This document shows positions 24,975 to 38,231 of a stretch of DNA of 64,000 nucleotides, in pieces (position 1 is the first letter of the stretch; the number at the start of each line of letters is the position of its first letter). Made by a program: the position numbers and the translations under genes. The notes beneath the pieces are model-generated. The model ran no database searches, had not been told where the DNA came from, and saw nothing but the letters and a program-made list of their open reading frames with translations. Source of the DNA: Escherichia coli (GTDB lineage: Bacteria; Pseudomonadota; Gammaproteobacteria; Enterobacterales; Enterobacteriaceae); NCBI RefSeq assembly GCF_024502345.1, contig NZ_JALDNN010000001.1, one strand, 5' to 3'.

Positions 24975-26312
24975 ATGAACACTTCACCGGTGCGAATGGA
25001 TGATTTACCGCTTAACCGTTTTCACTGCCGCATTGCTGCGCTCACTTTCGGCGCACACCTGACCGACGGTTATGTTCTCGGCGTCATTGGTTACGCCATT
25101 ATTCAGCTTACGCCCGCCATGCAACTGACGCCGTTTATGGCGGGAATGATCGGCGGCTCGGCGCTCCTTGGTTTGTTTCTTGGCAGCCTGGTTCTTGGGT
25201 GGATCTCCGACCATATTGGTCGGCAAAAAATCTTCACCTTCAGCTTTTTGCTGATTACGCTCGCTTCGTTCTTGCAATTTTTTGCCACCACGCCAGAGCA
25301 TCTTATTGGGCTGCGCATTTTGATCGGCATTGGGCTGGGAGGCGATTACTCAGTTGGTCACACCTTGCTGGCTGAATTTTCCCCGCGCCGCCATCGCGGT
25401 ATTTTGCTGGGCGCATTCAGCGTGGTGTGGACCGTAGGTTATGTGCTGGCAAGTATTGCCGGACATCACTTTATTTCCGAAAACCCGGAGGCCTGGCGCT
25501 GGCTGCTGGCATCGGCAGCTCTGCCCGCATTGTTGATTACGTTATTACGCTGGGGAACGCCAGAATCGCCACGCTGGCTACTGCGCCAGGGGCGTTTTGC
25601 AGAAGCTCACGCTATCGTGCATCGCTATTTTGGTCCCCATGTTTTACTGGGCGATGAAGTGGCAACGGCGACCCATAAACACATCAAAACCTTGTTCTCT
25701 TCGCGCTACTGGCGGCGTACGGCGTTTAACAGCGTCTTCTTTGTCTGCCTCGTAATTCCATGGTTTGTGATTTATACCTGGCTGCCAACTATCGCCCAGA
25801 CTATTGGACTGGAAGATGCGCTGACTGCCAGCCTGATGCTTAATGCGTTGTTAATTGTGGGCGCGCTGCTGGGATTAGTTCTGACGCACCTGCTGGCACA
25901 TCGCAAGTTTTTGCTGGGAAGTTTTTTGCTGCTGGCGGCAACGCTGGTAGTGATGGCCTGTTTGCCTTCCGGCAGTTCATTAACGCTACTGCTTTTTGTT
26001 CTCTTCAGCACCACCATTTCGGCAGTCAGTAATCTGGTGGGCATTTTGCCTGCGGAAAGTTTTCCTACTGACATTCGCTCGCTGGGCGTCGGTTTTGCCA
26101 CCGCCATGAGTCGGTTGGGGGCGGCGGTAAGTACTGGCCTGCTGCCGTGGGTGCTGGCGCAGTGGGGAATGCAAGTTACCTTATTGATCCTGGCGGCAGT
26201 GTTGTTAGTTGGTTTTGTCGTGACCTGGCTATGGGCACCAGAAACCAAAGCACTCCCGCTGGTGGCGGCGGGAAATGTAGGAGGTGCGAATGAACATTCT
26301 GTTAGCGTTTAA
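24975..26312 (+). CDS. ygcS: MFS transporter (sugar-porter-like)
   Basis: Start taken at MNTSPVRMDDL (445 aa); 12-TM-like profile. Confidence 0.8.
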   Translation: MNTSPVRMDDLPLNRFHCRIAALTFGAHLTDGYVLGVIGYAIIQLTPAMQLTPFMAGMIGGSALLGLFLGSLVLGWISDHIGRQKIFTFSFLLITLASFLQFFATTPEHLIGLRILIGIGLGGDYSVGHTLLAEFSPRRHRGILLGAFSVVWTVGYVLASIAGHHFISENPEAWRWLLASAALPALLITLLRWGTPESPRWLLRQGRFAEAHAIVHRYFGPHVLLGDEVATATHKHIKTLFSSRYWRRTAFNSVFFVCLVIPWFVIYTWLPTIAQTIGLEDALTASLMLNALLIVGALLGLVLTHLLAHRKFLLGSFLLLAATLVVMACLPSGSSLTLLLFVLFSTTISAVSNLVGILPAESFPTDIRSLGVGFATAMSRLGAAVSTGLLPWVLAQWGMQVTLLILAAVLLVGFVVTWLWAPETKALPLVAAGNVGGANEHSVSV

Positions 26313-27069
26313 AGCCGAACCGGATGCCGGAATGCTGGCGGAAAAAGAGTGGCAGGCGGCGGCTCAGGGTAATAGCGGACCGGATGTTTCGCTACTGCGA
26401 AGTTTACTCGGTGCTGATGAACAGGCTGCCGCCGCGCTGCTGTTGGCGCAGATAAAAAACGGTACGCCGATGTCTTTAACCGCGTTGAGCATGGGGGATG
26501 AACGGGCGTTACACTGGCTGCGCTATCTCATGGCTCTTGGGTTTGAGGAAGCTGTATTGCTGGAGACGGCGGCAGATCTGCGCTTTGCACCGGAATTTGT
26601 CGCTCGCCATATTGCCGAATGGCAGCGTCAGAATCCGCTGGATCTGATAATTACCGGCTGCCAAAGCAGCGAAGGGCAGAATTGGCAAACGCCATTTTTG
26701 CTGGCGGAAATGCTGGGCTGGCCCTGCTTCACCCAGGTGGAGCGTTTCACTCTCGACGCGCCGTTTATCACCCTCGAACAGCGTACTGAACATGGGTTGC
26801 GTTGTTGCCGGGTTCGCTTGCCTGCGGTGATTGCCGTGCGCCAGTGTGGTGAAGTGGCCTTGCCAGTACCGGGAATGCGCCAGCGAATGGCTGCGGGGAA
26901 AGCGGAAATTATCCGTAAAACTGTTGCTGCCGAATTGCCAGCGATGCAGTGTCTGCAACTGGCAAGAGCAGAGCAACGACGCGGAGCGACGCTGATTGAT
27001 GGGAAAACGGTAGCAGAAAAAGCGCAAAAGCTATGGCAGGACTATTTACGCCAAAGGATGCAGCCATGA
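26290..27069 (+). CDS. ygcR: electron-transfer flavoprotein beta-subunit-like (FixA-like)
   Basis: 259-aa ORF from the ATG after a GTG; SD aggagg upstream; paired with an alpha-like subunit gene. Confidence 0.75.
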   Translation: MNILLAFKAEPDAGMLAEKEWQAAAQGNSGPDVSLLRSLLGADEQAAAALLLAQIKNGTPMSLTALSMGDERALHWLRYLMALGFEEAVLLETAADLRFAPEFVARHIAEWQRQNPLDLIITGCQSSEGQNWQTPFLLAEMLGWPCFTQVERFTLDAPFITLEQRTEHGLRCCRVRLPAVIAVRQCGEVALPVPGMRQRMAAGKAEIIRKTVAAELPAMQCLQLARAEQRRGATLIDGKTVAEKAQKLWQDYLRQRMQP

Positions 27070-27926
27070 ATATCGCAATTGTGACAATAAATCAGGAGAA
27101 TGCCGCATTAGCGGGCTGGCTGGCGGCGCAGGATTTCAGCGGTTGTACCCTGGCGCACTGGCAAATAGAACCACAGCCCGTAGTGGTGGAACAGGTGCTG
27201 GATGCGCTGGTGGAACAGTGGAAGCGAACGCCTACGGACGTTGTTCTCTTTCCGCAGGGAACGTTTGGCGATGAACTGTCGACCCGGCTGGCCTGGCGTT
27301 TACATGGTGCAAGCATCTGCCAGGTGACTTCGTTAGATATTCCAACCGTAAGCGTGCGCAAATCCCACTGGGGAAATGCGCTAACGGCGACGCTGCAAAC
27401 AGAAAAACGCCCGCTATGCCTTTCCCTGGCGCGTCAGGCGGGAGCAGAGAAAAACGCCACGTTGCCCTCTGGTATGCAGCAACTGAACATTGTCCCAGGT
27501 GCGCTTCCCGACTGGCTGGTTAGCATAGAGAATCTGAAAAATGTTAGCCGCGACCCATTAGCTGAAGCCAGACGGGTGCTGGTGGTGGGGCAGGGCGGAG
27601 AGGCAGATAACCAGGAAATCGCTATGCTGGCAGAAAAGCTGGGAGCCGAAGTGGGCTACAGTCGGGCGCGAGTGATGAACGGTGGCGTTGATGCTGAAAA
27701 AGTGATTGGTATTTCCGGACATCTGCTGGCACCTGAGGTGTGTATTGTTGTTGGCGCTTCTGGCGCAGCAGCGTTAATGGCGGGCGTACGCAATAGCAAG
27801 TTTGTGGTGGCGATTAATCATGACGCCAGCGCAGCGGTATTTTCACAGGCAGATGTTGGCGTGGTTGATGACTGGAAAGTGGTGCTGGAGGCACTGGTGA
27901 CAAACATTGACGCAGAATGCCAATAA
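27066..27926 (+). CDS. ygcQ: electron-transfer flavoprotein alpha-subunit-like (FixB-like)
   Basis: 286-aa ORF (start at MNIAIVTINQ), overlapping the ygcR stop. Confidence 0.75.
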   Translation: MNIAIVTINQENAALAGWLAAQDFSGCTLAHWQIEPQPVVVEQVLDALVEQWKRTPTDVVLFPQGTFGDELSTRLAWRLHGASICQVTSLDIPTVSVRKSHWGNALTATLQTEKRPLCLSLARQAGAEKNATLPSGMQQLNIVPGALPDWLVSIENLKNVSRDPLAEARRVLVVGQGGEADNQEIAMLAEKLGAEVGYSRARVMNGGVDAEKVIGISGHLLAPEVCIVVGASGAAALMAGVRNSKFVVAINHDASAAVFSQADVGVVDDWKVVLEALVTNIDAECQ

Positions 27927-27970
27927 CGTGCTGCCGGATGATCCTGCCTACGGTTCTGGACTGGGGACCT

Positions 27971-28007
27971 GTAGGCCTGATAAGACGCGTTAAGCGTCGC
28001 ATCAGGC
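27971..28007. repeat. REP element
   Basis: gtaggcctgataagacgcgttaagcgtcgcatcaggc between convergent ygcQ and ygcP. Confidence 0.7.
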
Positions 28008-28072
28008 GCTGAAGGTCGGATGTGGCATGCAGCCTACAAATCACACAAATTCAATTCGTTACGATTATCCCG

Positions 28073-28648
28073 TCAAAGCAATTTTTTAGCTAACGTCCAG
28101 ACTCCGGTATTCGTGGTGGAAAGCGCCACGACACCCGCGTTAATCGCATTACGCGCATTTTCTTCATCGCATACCAGCCCGCCAGCAATCAGCGGTTGAC
28201 GGATTTTCTCCGTCACCCAGCCCAGCACTTTGGGCATACAGCCAGGCAGGATCTCAATACAATCCGGATTCGATTGCGCAACTTGCTTATCAATGTTGTG
28301 AAACGAAATTGAATCAACAATAAACAGGCGATGAATACAGAAAAAACCTTCCGCTCTTGCCGCTTTCAGCATTGAGGCTTTGGTACTGATAATTCCGTCC
28401 GCCTCGGTCACCAGTTTCAAAAACTGAATCACGACTTCTTTATTTGACGCGCCTTCCAGCAAATCAACATGAATAAAAGCATATTTCCCGGCGTTCTTAA
28501 TCTTTTTAACGATATTACTGATGGTGCAGATATTGCCGTACAACACGGAAATAAACTGGCATTCAGAGTCGATTGCCAGTTGCAGGCTGGCATTATCTTT
28601 AACGGCAGCAATCACCGGATTCTGGCGGAGCAGGTGTAAGAGGGGCAT
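28073..28648 (-). CDS. ygcP: GlpP-like glycerol-3-phosphate-responsive antiterminator family protein
   Basis: 191-aa ORF; family assignment from recalled similarity, not computed. Confidence 0.7.
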   Translation of the reverse strand: MPLLHLLRQNPVIAAVKDNASLQLAIDSECQFISVLYGNICTISNIVKKIKNAGKYAFIHVDLLEGASNKEVVIQFLKLVTEADGIISTKASMLKAARAEGFFCIHRLFIVDSISFHNIDKQVAQSNPDCIEILPGCMPKVLGWVTEKIRQPLIAGGLVCDEENARNAINAGVVALSTTNTGVWTLAKKLL

Positions 28649-28664
28649 AAATTATCCTTTTTAC

Positions 28665-28925
28665 TTATCCAAAGCGGTAGGTGATGCCGAATCCGGAAGG
28701 CGGATAGCGCCACTGTTGTAGTGTTTTTTCGTCGCACAGCAAACGGCAGGTGCCACACTCCAGGCAGCCGTGATAATCAACGCGTAAGTCACCTTCCGGT
28801 GTGAGCGAAAAAAGACCAGCCGGACAAGCGTTAATCAACCGTTGTACCGTCTGGCGCTCAACGGAGTCAGCCGGAACAATGTGCGGCGCATCGGCAACGC
28901 GCCAGAGATTACGGGCTACAGACAT
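28665..28925 (-). CDS. ygcO: ferredoxin-like protein (FixX-like)
   Basis: Start at MSVARNLWRV (86 aa); cysteine cluster CLECGTCRLLC. Confidence 0.75.
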   Translation of the reverse strand: MSVARNLWRVADAPHIVPADSVERQTVQRLINACPAGLFSLTPEGDLRVDYHGCLECGTCRLLCDEKTLQQWRYPPSGFGITYRFG

Positions 28926-30187
28926 CGAACACTCCTGATAACATCGCCCGCCAGATGCCACAGGCCATGACGACGTAAATGACGCCAGAGTAACTGGCGC
29001 AGCGGTGGAACAGGTTTATCACCCTGATCCCATAAATCGCGGGAAATATCCTGCATTAACGCAGGCCACGTACGGTACCATCCCGGGCGTTGCAAAAGCG
29101 CCGGAACATGCTGATAACGCTGTAGAACATCCCACAGCAGGCTGCGCTCGACGTTGTGATGATAAAGCGGAAACAGATTTTGCGGCTCGCGGTGCTGGCA
29201 GGCGCTTATCAGTGTTTGTGCCGCCGCCTGCGCGCCAGTTAGCGCCGTATCCATGCCGCGCACGGAAATTCCGGTATTGACGCAACTGCGCAACGCATCG
29301 CCTACCAGCAGCCAGCCGTTACCGGCGTATTGCACTGGCATACTGTGCAAGCCACCTTCTGGCACCAGATGCGCACCATACTCCAGTGATTCCGTGTTTT
29401 TGATAAGCGGGCGCACTGCCGGATGCGTTTTAAAGCGAGCCAGCAGCTCGCTTGCCGGAACACGACTTTGCGTAAGGGAAGAGAGCGGGCAAACAATCCC
29501 TAACGAGAGCGTTTGTTGATTAGTATAAAGAAATGCGCCGCCGGGAAAGTCATCACAGATTCCGCCGCTGAACAGCAACGCTGCGCCTTCGTTATTCTCC
29601 AGATGAAAACGTTCTTCAATAGCGGATGTTTCCAGCGACAGCACTTCTTTGATCCCCAACGCCATCGCTTCGCCAGCAGGACGAGTCACTAATCCGTGAC
29701 GTTCAGCCAGGACGCTGTTGGCACCTTCTGCCAGCACCACATAACGGGCGCGGAGAATATCGTCACCACAAATGACACCACACACCCTGCCGTTTTCTTC
29801 ATACAGTGCATTCACCGTCGCTCCGGGGATGCATTCGACACCTTCTTTTTCGGCTTCGGCAACCAGCCACGGATCGAACCGTGCACGTAATACACTCCAG
29901 GATTCACCGCCGGGCTGTAAGCTGGAAAATGTCGTTACGCCATCGGGCGTTAACAGGGAAAGGCTTTCGTGAGTGATGCGTCGTTCAAGAGGCGCGGTCA
30001 GATGAAATTGCGGGAGGAGTTCCGCGAGTGCATGGGTATATAACCGCCCGCCGGAAAGATTTTTGCTGCCGGGGATTTCAGCGCGTTCCAGTAACAAAAC
30101 GGATAAACCCGCTCGCGCGCAGCGTAACGCGCAAGCGGTGCCTGCAATACCGGCACCAATAATAATAATGTCGCAGTCGTCTTCCAT
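28916..30187 (-). CDS. ygcN: FAD-dependent oxidoreductase (FixC-like)
   Basis: Start at MEDDCDIIIIGAGIAG (423 aa); N-terminal FAD-binding GxGxxG. Confidence 0.78.
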   Translation of the reverse strand: MEDDCDIIIIGAGIAGTACALRCARAGLSVLLLERAEIPGSKNLSGGRLYTHALAELLPQFHLTAPLERRITHESLSLLTPDGVTTFSSLQPGGESWSVLRARFDPWLVAEAEKEGVECIPGATVNALYEENGRVCGVICGDDILRARYVVLAEGANSVLAERHGLVTRPAGEAMALGIKEVLSLETSAIEERFHLENNEGAALLFSGGICDDFPGGAFLYTNQQTLSLGIVCPLSSLTQSRVPASELLARFKTHPAVRPLIKNTESLEYGAHLVPEGGLHSMPVQYAGNGWLLVGDALRSCVNTGISVRGMDTALTGAQAAAQTLISACQHREPQNLFPLYHHNVERSLLWDVLQRYQHVPALLQRPGWYRTWPALMQDISRDLWDQGDKPVPPLRQLLWRHLRRHGLWHLAGDVIRSVRCL

Positions 30188-30264
30188 GTCATGCCCCAGA
30201 TATCCAGAACACAACACCCTAACATAGCGTTACTTAAGGGAAATTGACCGCCGACACACTCTTA

Positions 30265-30630
30265 TCATTCGCCGCGATAGATACAACCAGCGGTGCAGGT
30301 TTCTTTTACCATCACCGCACTTAACAGCGGCACAACGGGTTTAACCTGATCCCAAATCCATTTTGCTAAAACTTCGCTGGTCGGGTTTTCCAGGCCTGGA
30401 ATATCATTGAGATAATGGTGATCGAGGCGCTCATAAGTTGGCTTAAACGCTGCTTTCAGTTCAGCGAAATCGATAACCCAGCCCGTATGCGGATCGACTT
30501 CCCCGGTAATTTCCAGTCGCACCATAAAGGAATGCCCGTGCAGGCGACCACATTTATGCCCTTCCGGGACGTGTGGTAAGCGGTGAGCGGCTTCGAAGGT
30601 GAAATCTTTAAATAACGTGGTGGACATCAT
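30265..30630 (-). CDS. queD: 6-carboxy-5,6,7,8-tetrahydropterin synthase
   Basis: Start at [10 protein letters not shown] (121 aa); conserved His residues and CGRLHGHSF motif; the track ORF is extended upstream. Confidence 0.88.
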   Translation of the reverse strand: MMSTTLFKDFTFEAAHRLPHVPEGHKCGRLHGHSFMVRLEITGEVDPHTGWVIDFAELKAAFKPTYERLDHHYLNDIPGLENPTSEVLAKWIWDQVKPVVPLLSAVMVKETCTAGCIYRGE

Positions 30631-30945
30631 AATTTCTCTACAGGACGATAAAACCGCCGTAGAGTACCGGAAAGGCTGTTTTTTCGCATTATCTAAAACG
30701 ACTTTGTTGCGCAAAATCGCTGATTTATCTTAATGATTGGCTAAATTCATTTGTTTTTCATTAGGTTGGTTAATCTATTTTGTTGTTAAAGACTATTGCT
30801 AAAACAGGTTAGTCGATTTGGTTATTAGTTATCGCTATCCCGTCTTTAATCCACACCGTTCACCCCGTTAACCTTACCTTCTCTTCTGTTTTATGGGCGC
30901 TGACAGGGCGCAGAAACAGCTTTGCTTACTGGAACATAACGACGC

Positions 30946-32745
30946 ATGACGACACAGGTCCCACCTTCCGCGTTGCTTCCGTTGAACCCGGAGCAACTGG
31001 CACGCCTTCAGGCGGCCACGACCGATTTAACTCCCACCCAGCTTGCCTGGGTTTCTGGCTATTTCTGGGGCGTGCTCAATCAGCAGCCTGCTGCGCTTGC
31101 AGCAACGCCAGCGCCAGCCGCAGAAATGCCGGGTATAACTATTATCTCCGCCTCGCAAACCGGCAATGCGCGCCGGGTTGCTGAAGCATTACGTGATGAT
31201 TTATTAGCGGCAAAACTGAACGTTAAGCTGGTGAACGCGGGCGACTATAAATTCAAACAAATCGCCAGCGAAAAACTGCTTATCGTGGTGACGTCAACGC
31301 AAGGAGAAGGGGAACCGCCGGAAGAAGCCGTCGCGCTGCATAAGTTCCTGTTCTCCAAAAAAGCGCCGAAGCTGCAAAACACCGCATTTGCCGTGTTTAG
31401 CCTCGGCGATAGCTCTTATGAATTTTTCTGCCAGTCCGGGAAAGATTTTGACAGCAAGCTGGCGGAACTGGGCGGTGAACGCCTGCTCGACCGTGTCGAT
31501 GCCGACGTTGAATACCAGACCGCTGCCAGCGAGTGGCGCGCTCGCGTGGTTGATGCGCTTAAATCGCGTGCGCCTGTCGCGGCACCTTCGCAATCCGTCG
31601 CTACTGGCGCGGTAAATGAAATCCACACCAGCCCGTACAGCAAAGACTCGCCGCTGGTGGCGAGCCTCTCTGTTAACCAGAAAATTACCGGGCGTAACTC
31701 TGAAAAAGACGTTCGCCATATCGAAATTGACTTAGGTGACTCGGGCCTGCGTTACCAGCCGGGTGACGCGCTGGGCGTCTGGTATCAGAACGATCCGGCA
31801 CTGGTGAAAGAACTTGTCGAACTGCTGTGGCTGAAAGGCGATGAACCTGTCACCGTCGAGGGCAAAACGTTGCCTCTGAACGAAGCGCTACAGTGGCACT
31901 TCGAACTGACCGTCAACACCGCCAATATTGTTGAGAACTATGCCACGCTTACCCGCAGCGAAACGCTGTTGCCGCTGGTGGGCGATAAAGCGAAGTTACA
32001 GCATTACGCCGCGACTACGCCGATTGTCGATATGGTGCGCTTCTCTCCGGCGCAACTGGACGCCGAAGCGCTGATTAATCTGCTGCGCCCGCTGACGCCG
32101 CGTCTCTATTCCATCGCCTCCTCGCAGGCGGAAGTCGAGAACGAAGTACACGTCACCGTTGGTGTGGTGCGTTACGACGTGGAAGGCCGCGCCCGTGCCG
32201 GTGGTGCCTCCAGCTTCCTCGCGGACCGCGTGGAAGAAGAGGGCGAAGTTCGCGTATTTATCGAACATAACGATAACTTCCGCCTGCCCGCTAACCCGGA
32301 AACCCCGGTGATTATGATTGGCCCAGGCACCGGCATCGCGCCGTTCCGCGCCTTTATGCAGCAGCGCGCCGCTGACGAAGCGCCGGGTAAAAACTGGCTG
32401 TTCTTTGGCAACCCGCATTTTACGGAAGATTTCCTCTACCAGGTGGAGTGGCAGCGCTACGTCAAAGAGGGCGTGCTGACACGTATCGATCTCGCCTGGT
32501 CGCGCGATCAAAAAGAAAAAGTTTACGTACAAGACAAACTGCGCGAACAGGGCGCGGAGCTGTGGCGCTGGATCAATGACGGTGCCCACATTTATGTCTG
32601 CGGCGACGCTAATCGCATGGCGAAAGACGTTGAGCAGGCACTTCTGGAAGTGATTGCCGAATTTGGTGGCATGGACACCGAAGCGGCGGATGAATTTTTA
32701 AGTGAGCTGCGCGTAGAGCGCCGTTATCAGCGAGATGTCTACTAA
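30946..32745 (+). CDS. cysJ: sulfite reductase [NADPH] flavoprotein alpha component
   Basis: 599-aa ORF with flavodoxin-like and FAD/NADPH-binding domains; the cysI start overlaps its stop. Confidence 0.95.
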   Translation: MTTQVPPSALLPLNPEQLARLQAATTDLTPTQLAWVSGYFWGVLNQQPAALAATPAPAAEMPGITIISASQTGNARRVAEALRDDLLAAKLNVKLVNAGDYKFKQIASEKLLIVVTSTQGEGEPPEEAVALHKFLFSKKAPKLQNTAFAVFSLGDSSYEFFCQSGKDFDSKLAELGGERLLDRVDADVEYQTAASEWRARVVDALKSRAPVAAPSQSVATGAVNEIHTSPYSKDSPLVASLSVNQKITGRNSEKDVRHIEIDLGDSGLRYQPGDALGVWYQNDPALVKELVELLWLKGDEPVTVEGKTLPLNEALQWHFELTVNTANIVENYATLTRSETLLPLVGDKAKLQHYAATTPIVDMVRFSPAQLDAEALINLLRPLTPRLYSIASSQAEVENEVHVTVGVVRYDVEGRARAGGASSFLADRVEEEGEVRVFIEHNDNFRLPANPETPVIMIGPGTGIAPFRAFMQQRAADEAPGKNWLFFGNPHFTEDFLYQVEWQRYVKEGVLTRIDLAWSRDQKEKVYVQDKLREQGAELWRWINDGAHIYVCGDANRMAKDVEQALLEVIAEFGGMDTEAADEFLSELRVERRYQRDVY

Positions 32746-34457
32746 TGAGCGAAAAACATCCAGGGCCTTTAGTGGTCGAAGGAAAACTGACAGACGCCGA
32801 GCGCATGAAGCTTGAAAGCAACTACCTGCGCGGCACCATTGCGGAAGATTTAAACGACGGTCTGACCGGCGGCTTTAAGGGCGACAACTTCCTGCTGATC
32901 CGCTTCCACGGCATGTATCAGCAGGATGACCGCGACATCCGCGCCGAACGTGCTGAACAGAAGCTGGAGCCGCGCCACGCGATGCTGTTGCGCTGCCGTC
33001 TGCCGGGTGGGGTGATTACCACTAAACAGTGGCAGGCGATCGACAAATTTGCCGGTGAAAACACCATCTATGGCAGCATTCGCCTGACCAACCGCCAGAC
33101 GTTTCAGTTCCACGGCATTCTGAAAAAGAACGTCAAACCGGTGCACCAGATGCTGCACTCGGTCGGTCTTGATGCGCTGGCGACCGCTAACGACATGAAC
33201 CGTAACGTACTCTGCACCTCGAACCCTTACGAGTCGCAGCTACACGCGGAAGCGTATGAATGGGCGAAGAAAATCTCTGAACATCTGCTGCCGCGTACCC
33301 GCGCGTATGCGGAGATCTGGCTCGATCAGGAAAAAGTCGCCACCACCGATGAAGAACCGATCCTCGGCCAGACCTACCTGCCGCGTAAATTCAAAACCAC
33401 GGTAGTGATCCCGCCACAGAACGATATCGATCTGCACGCCAACGACATGAACTTCGTGGCAATCGCCGAAAACGGCAAGCTGGTGGGCTTTAACCTGCTG
33501 GTGGGCGGTGGGCTTTCCATCGAACACGGCAACAAGAAAACCTACGCCCGCACCGCGAGTGAGTTTGGCTATCTGCCGCTGGAGCATACGCTGGCAGTGG
33601 CGGAAGCCGTCGTGACAACTCAGCGTGACTGGGGTAACCGAACCGATCGTAAAAATGCCAAAACCAAATACACGCTGGAGCGCGTGGGGGTTGAGACGTT
33701 TAAAGCGGAAGTGGAGCGTCGCGCGGGGATCAAATTCGAGCCGATTCGCCCGTATGAGTTTACCGGACGCGGAGATCGTATTGGCTGGGTTAAGGGCATT
33801 GATGATAACTGGCACCTGACGCTGTTTATCGAAAATGGTCGCATCCTTGATTATCCGGGGCGTCCGCTGAAAACCGGCCTGCTGGAGATCGCGAAGATCC
33901 ACAAAGGCGATTTCCGCATTACGGCGAACCAGAATCTGATCATCGCCGGTGTGCCGGAAAGCGAGAAAGCGAAGATCGAGAAGATCGCTAAAGAGAGCGG
34001 GTTAATGAATGCCGTCACGCCGCAGCGTGAAAACTCAATGGCCTGCGTGTCATTCCCGACTTGCCCGCTGGCGATGGCGGAAGCGGAGCGTTTCCTGCCG
34101 TCTTTTATCGACAACATCGATAATTTAATGGCGAAACATGGTGTCAGCGATGAGCATATCGTGATGCGTGTAACAGGCTGCCCGAACGGTTGTGGTCGCG
34201 CGATGCTGGCGGAAGTGGGCCTGGTGGGTAAAGCGCCGGGTCGCTACAACCTGCATCTTGGCGGCAACCGTATTGGGACACGTATCCCACGGATGTATAA
34301 AGAAAACATCACCGAGCCGGAAATCCTGGCGTCGCTTGATGAACTGATAGGGCGCTGGGCGAAAGAGCGCGAAGCGGGTGAAGGCTTCGGCGACTTTACG
34401 GTGCGTGCGGGCATCATTCGCCCGGTGCTCGATCCGGCGCGCGATTTGTGGGATTAA
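32745..34457 (+). CDS. cysI: sulfite reductase [NADPH] hemoprotein beta component
   Basis: 570-aa ORF with siroheme/4Fe-4S cysteine motifs (CVSFPTC, TGCPNGC). Confidence 0.95.
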
Positions 34458-34472
34458 CCATCAGCCCGGTCT

Positions 34473-34509
34473 TGTAGGCCTGATAAGACGCGTGAGCGTC
34501 GCATCAGGC
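34473..34509. repeat. REP element
   Basis: gtaggcctgataagacgcgtgagcgtcgcatcaggc between cysI and cysH. Confidence 0.7.
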
Positions 34510-34530
34510 AAGGCAAACAGTGAGGAATCT

Positions 34531-35265
34531 ATGTCCAAACTCGATCTAAACGCCCTGAACGAACTGCCGAAGGTAGATCGCATTCTGGCGCTGGCGGAAA
34601 CTAACGCCCAACTGGAAAAACTGGACGCTGAAGGCCGCGTAGCTTGGGCGCTGGATAATCTGCCCGGTGAATATGTACTTTCTTCCAGCTTTGGCATTCA
34701 GGCGGCGGTGAGCCTGCATCTGGTGAATCAAATTCGCCCGGATATTCCGGTGATCCTCACCGATACCGGTTACTTGTTCCCGGAAACCTACCGCTTTATT
34801 GACGAGTTAACGGACAAACTCAAGCTCAACCTGAAAGTGTACCGTGCTACCGAAAGCGCAGCCTGGCAGGAAGCACGCTACGGAAAACTGTGGGAACAGG
34901 GCGTTGAAGGCATTGAAAAGTACAATGACATCAACAAAGTCGAACCGATGAACCGGGCGCTGAAAGAACTTAACGCGCAAACGTGGTTTGCTGGCCTGCG
35001 CCGTGAACAATCCGGCAGCCGCGCCAATTTACCGGTGCTGGCAATTCAGCGTGGCGTATTTAAAGTGCTGCCGATTATCGACTGGGATAACCGAACGATA
35101 TATCAGTATCTGCAAAAGCATGGCCTGAAATATCACCCATTATGGGACGAAGGATATTTATCGGTGGGCGATACCCATACAACCCGTAAATGGGAACCCG
35201 GCATGGCGGAAGAAGAAACGCGTTTCTTTGGCTTAAAAAGGGAATGTGGGTTACACGAAGGGTAA
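34531..35265 (+). CDS. cysH: phosphoadenosine phosphosulfate (PAPS) reductase
   Basis: Start at [14 protein letters not shown] (244 aa); C-terminal ECGLH motif. Confidence 0.93.
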
Positions 35266-35281
35266 ATATTGTCGGATAAAT

Positions 35282-35320
35282 TAAACGCCTCTGTCAGAAA
35301 TGATGGGGGCGTTTTTATTT
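35282..35320 (+). terminator. rho-independent terminator after cysH
   Basis: aaacgcc ... ggcgttt stem followed by ttttatttt. Confidence 0.55.
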
Positions 35321-35528
35321 TGCGAGCAGCATTCCTGATTTTAAACGTGAACGCCGCTGGAAGAATTATCAGGTATAGAATGGCGTCGGGTGCTTGAGGC
35401 TGTCTGGCGTTAAGCATTCGCGAGGTTCCAGATGGACAAAAGCCCCAGGCGATATTTCTATCAACCTGAGGCTCGCGTTCGAACGTAGCAATTCGAATGT
35501 TAGTCTCTTCTTTGCAGGGAGGCAAGAC

Positions 35529-35681
35529 ATGCTGACAAAATATGCCCTTGTGGCAATCATAGTGCTGTGTTTTACAGTACTGGGATTCACGCTGATGGTA
35601 GGCGACTCGTTGTGTGAGTTGAGTATCAGAGAACGTGGTATGGAGTTTAAGGCTGTTCTCGCTTACGAATCGAAGAAGTAG
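35529..35681 (+). CDS. hokX: Hok/Gef-family type I toxin (small membrane peptide)
   Basis: 50-aa [53 protein letters not shown]: single TM helix plus the family C-terminal pattern SLCEL-IR--G-E--A-LAYES; the symbol is my recollection for this position. Confidence 0.7.
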   Translation: MLTKYALVAIIVLCFTVLGFTLMVGDSLCELSIRERGMEFKAVLAYESKK

Positions 35682-35687
35682 CCACCA

Positions 35688-35716
35688 CGCGGGGGTAAAA
35701 CCCCGCGTATTGAATT
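35688..35716 (+). terminator. hairpin terminator after the hok-like ORF
   Basis: cgcgggg-gtaaaa-ccccgcg stem-loop followed by tattgaatt. Confidence 0.5.
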
Positions 35717-35870
35717 GTGATGGTTTGGTCTCCTGCACCCTTTTTTAAATTTATATTTTTTATGTGAATATATTGTCTCTATTTATTATTATGAATTTCA
35801 AATGAAAATCATAAATTTATTCACAATATAAATGTTTTATTGGCTGATATATATCACAGATAATTTTTAA

Positions 35871-38135
<2,265 letters not shown>

Positions 38136-38231
38136 GTTAGACGTTCTTTAAAAATAAGGAAATGTTTTAATTTAGTTGGTAGATTGTTGATGCGGAATAA
38201 ATTTGTTTAAAAACAGTTATGTATGCTTAGT

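Noticed and set aside
35133-35738. 201-aa minus-strand ORF spanning the cysH end, the intergenic region and the hok-like gene
   Set aside because: It crosses a terminator and overlaps two better-supported plus-strand genes; could hide the Sok-like antisense RNA region but not a 201-aa protein.
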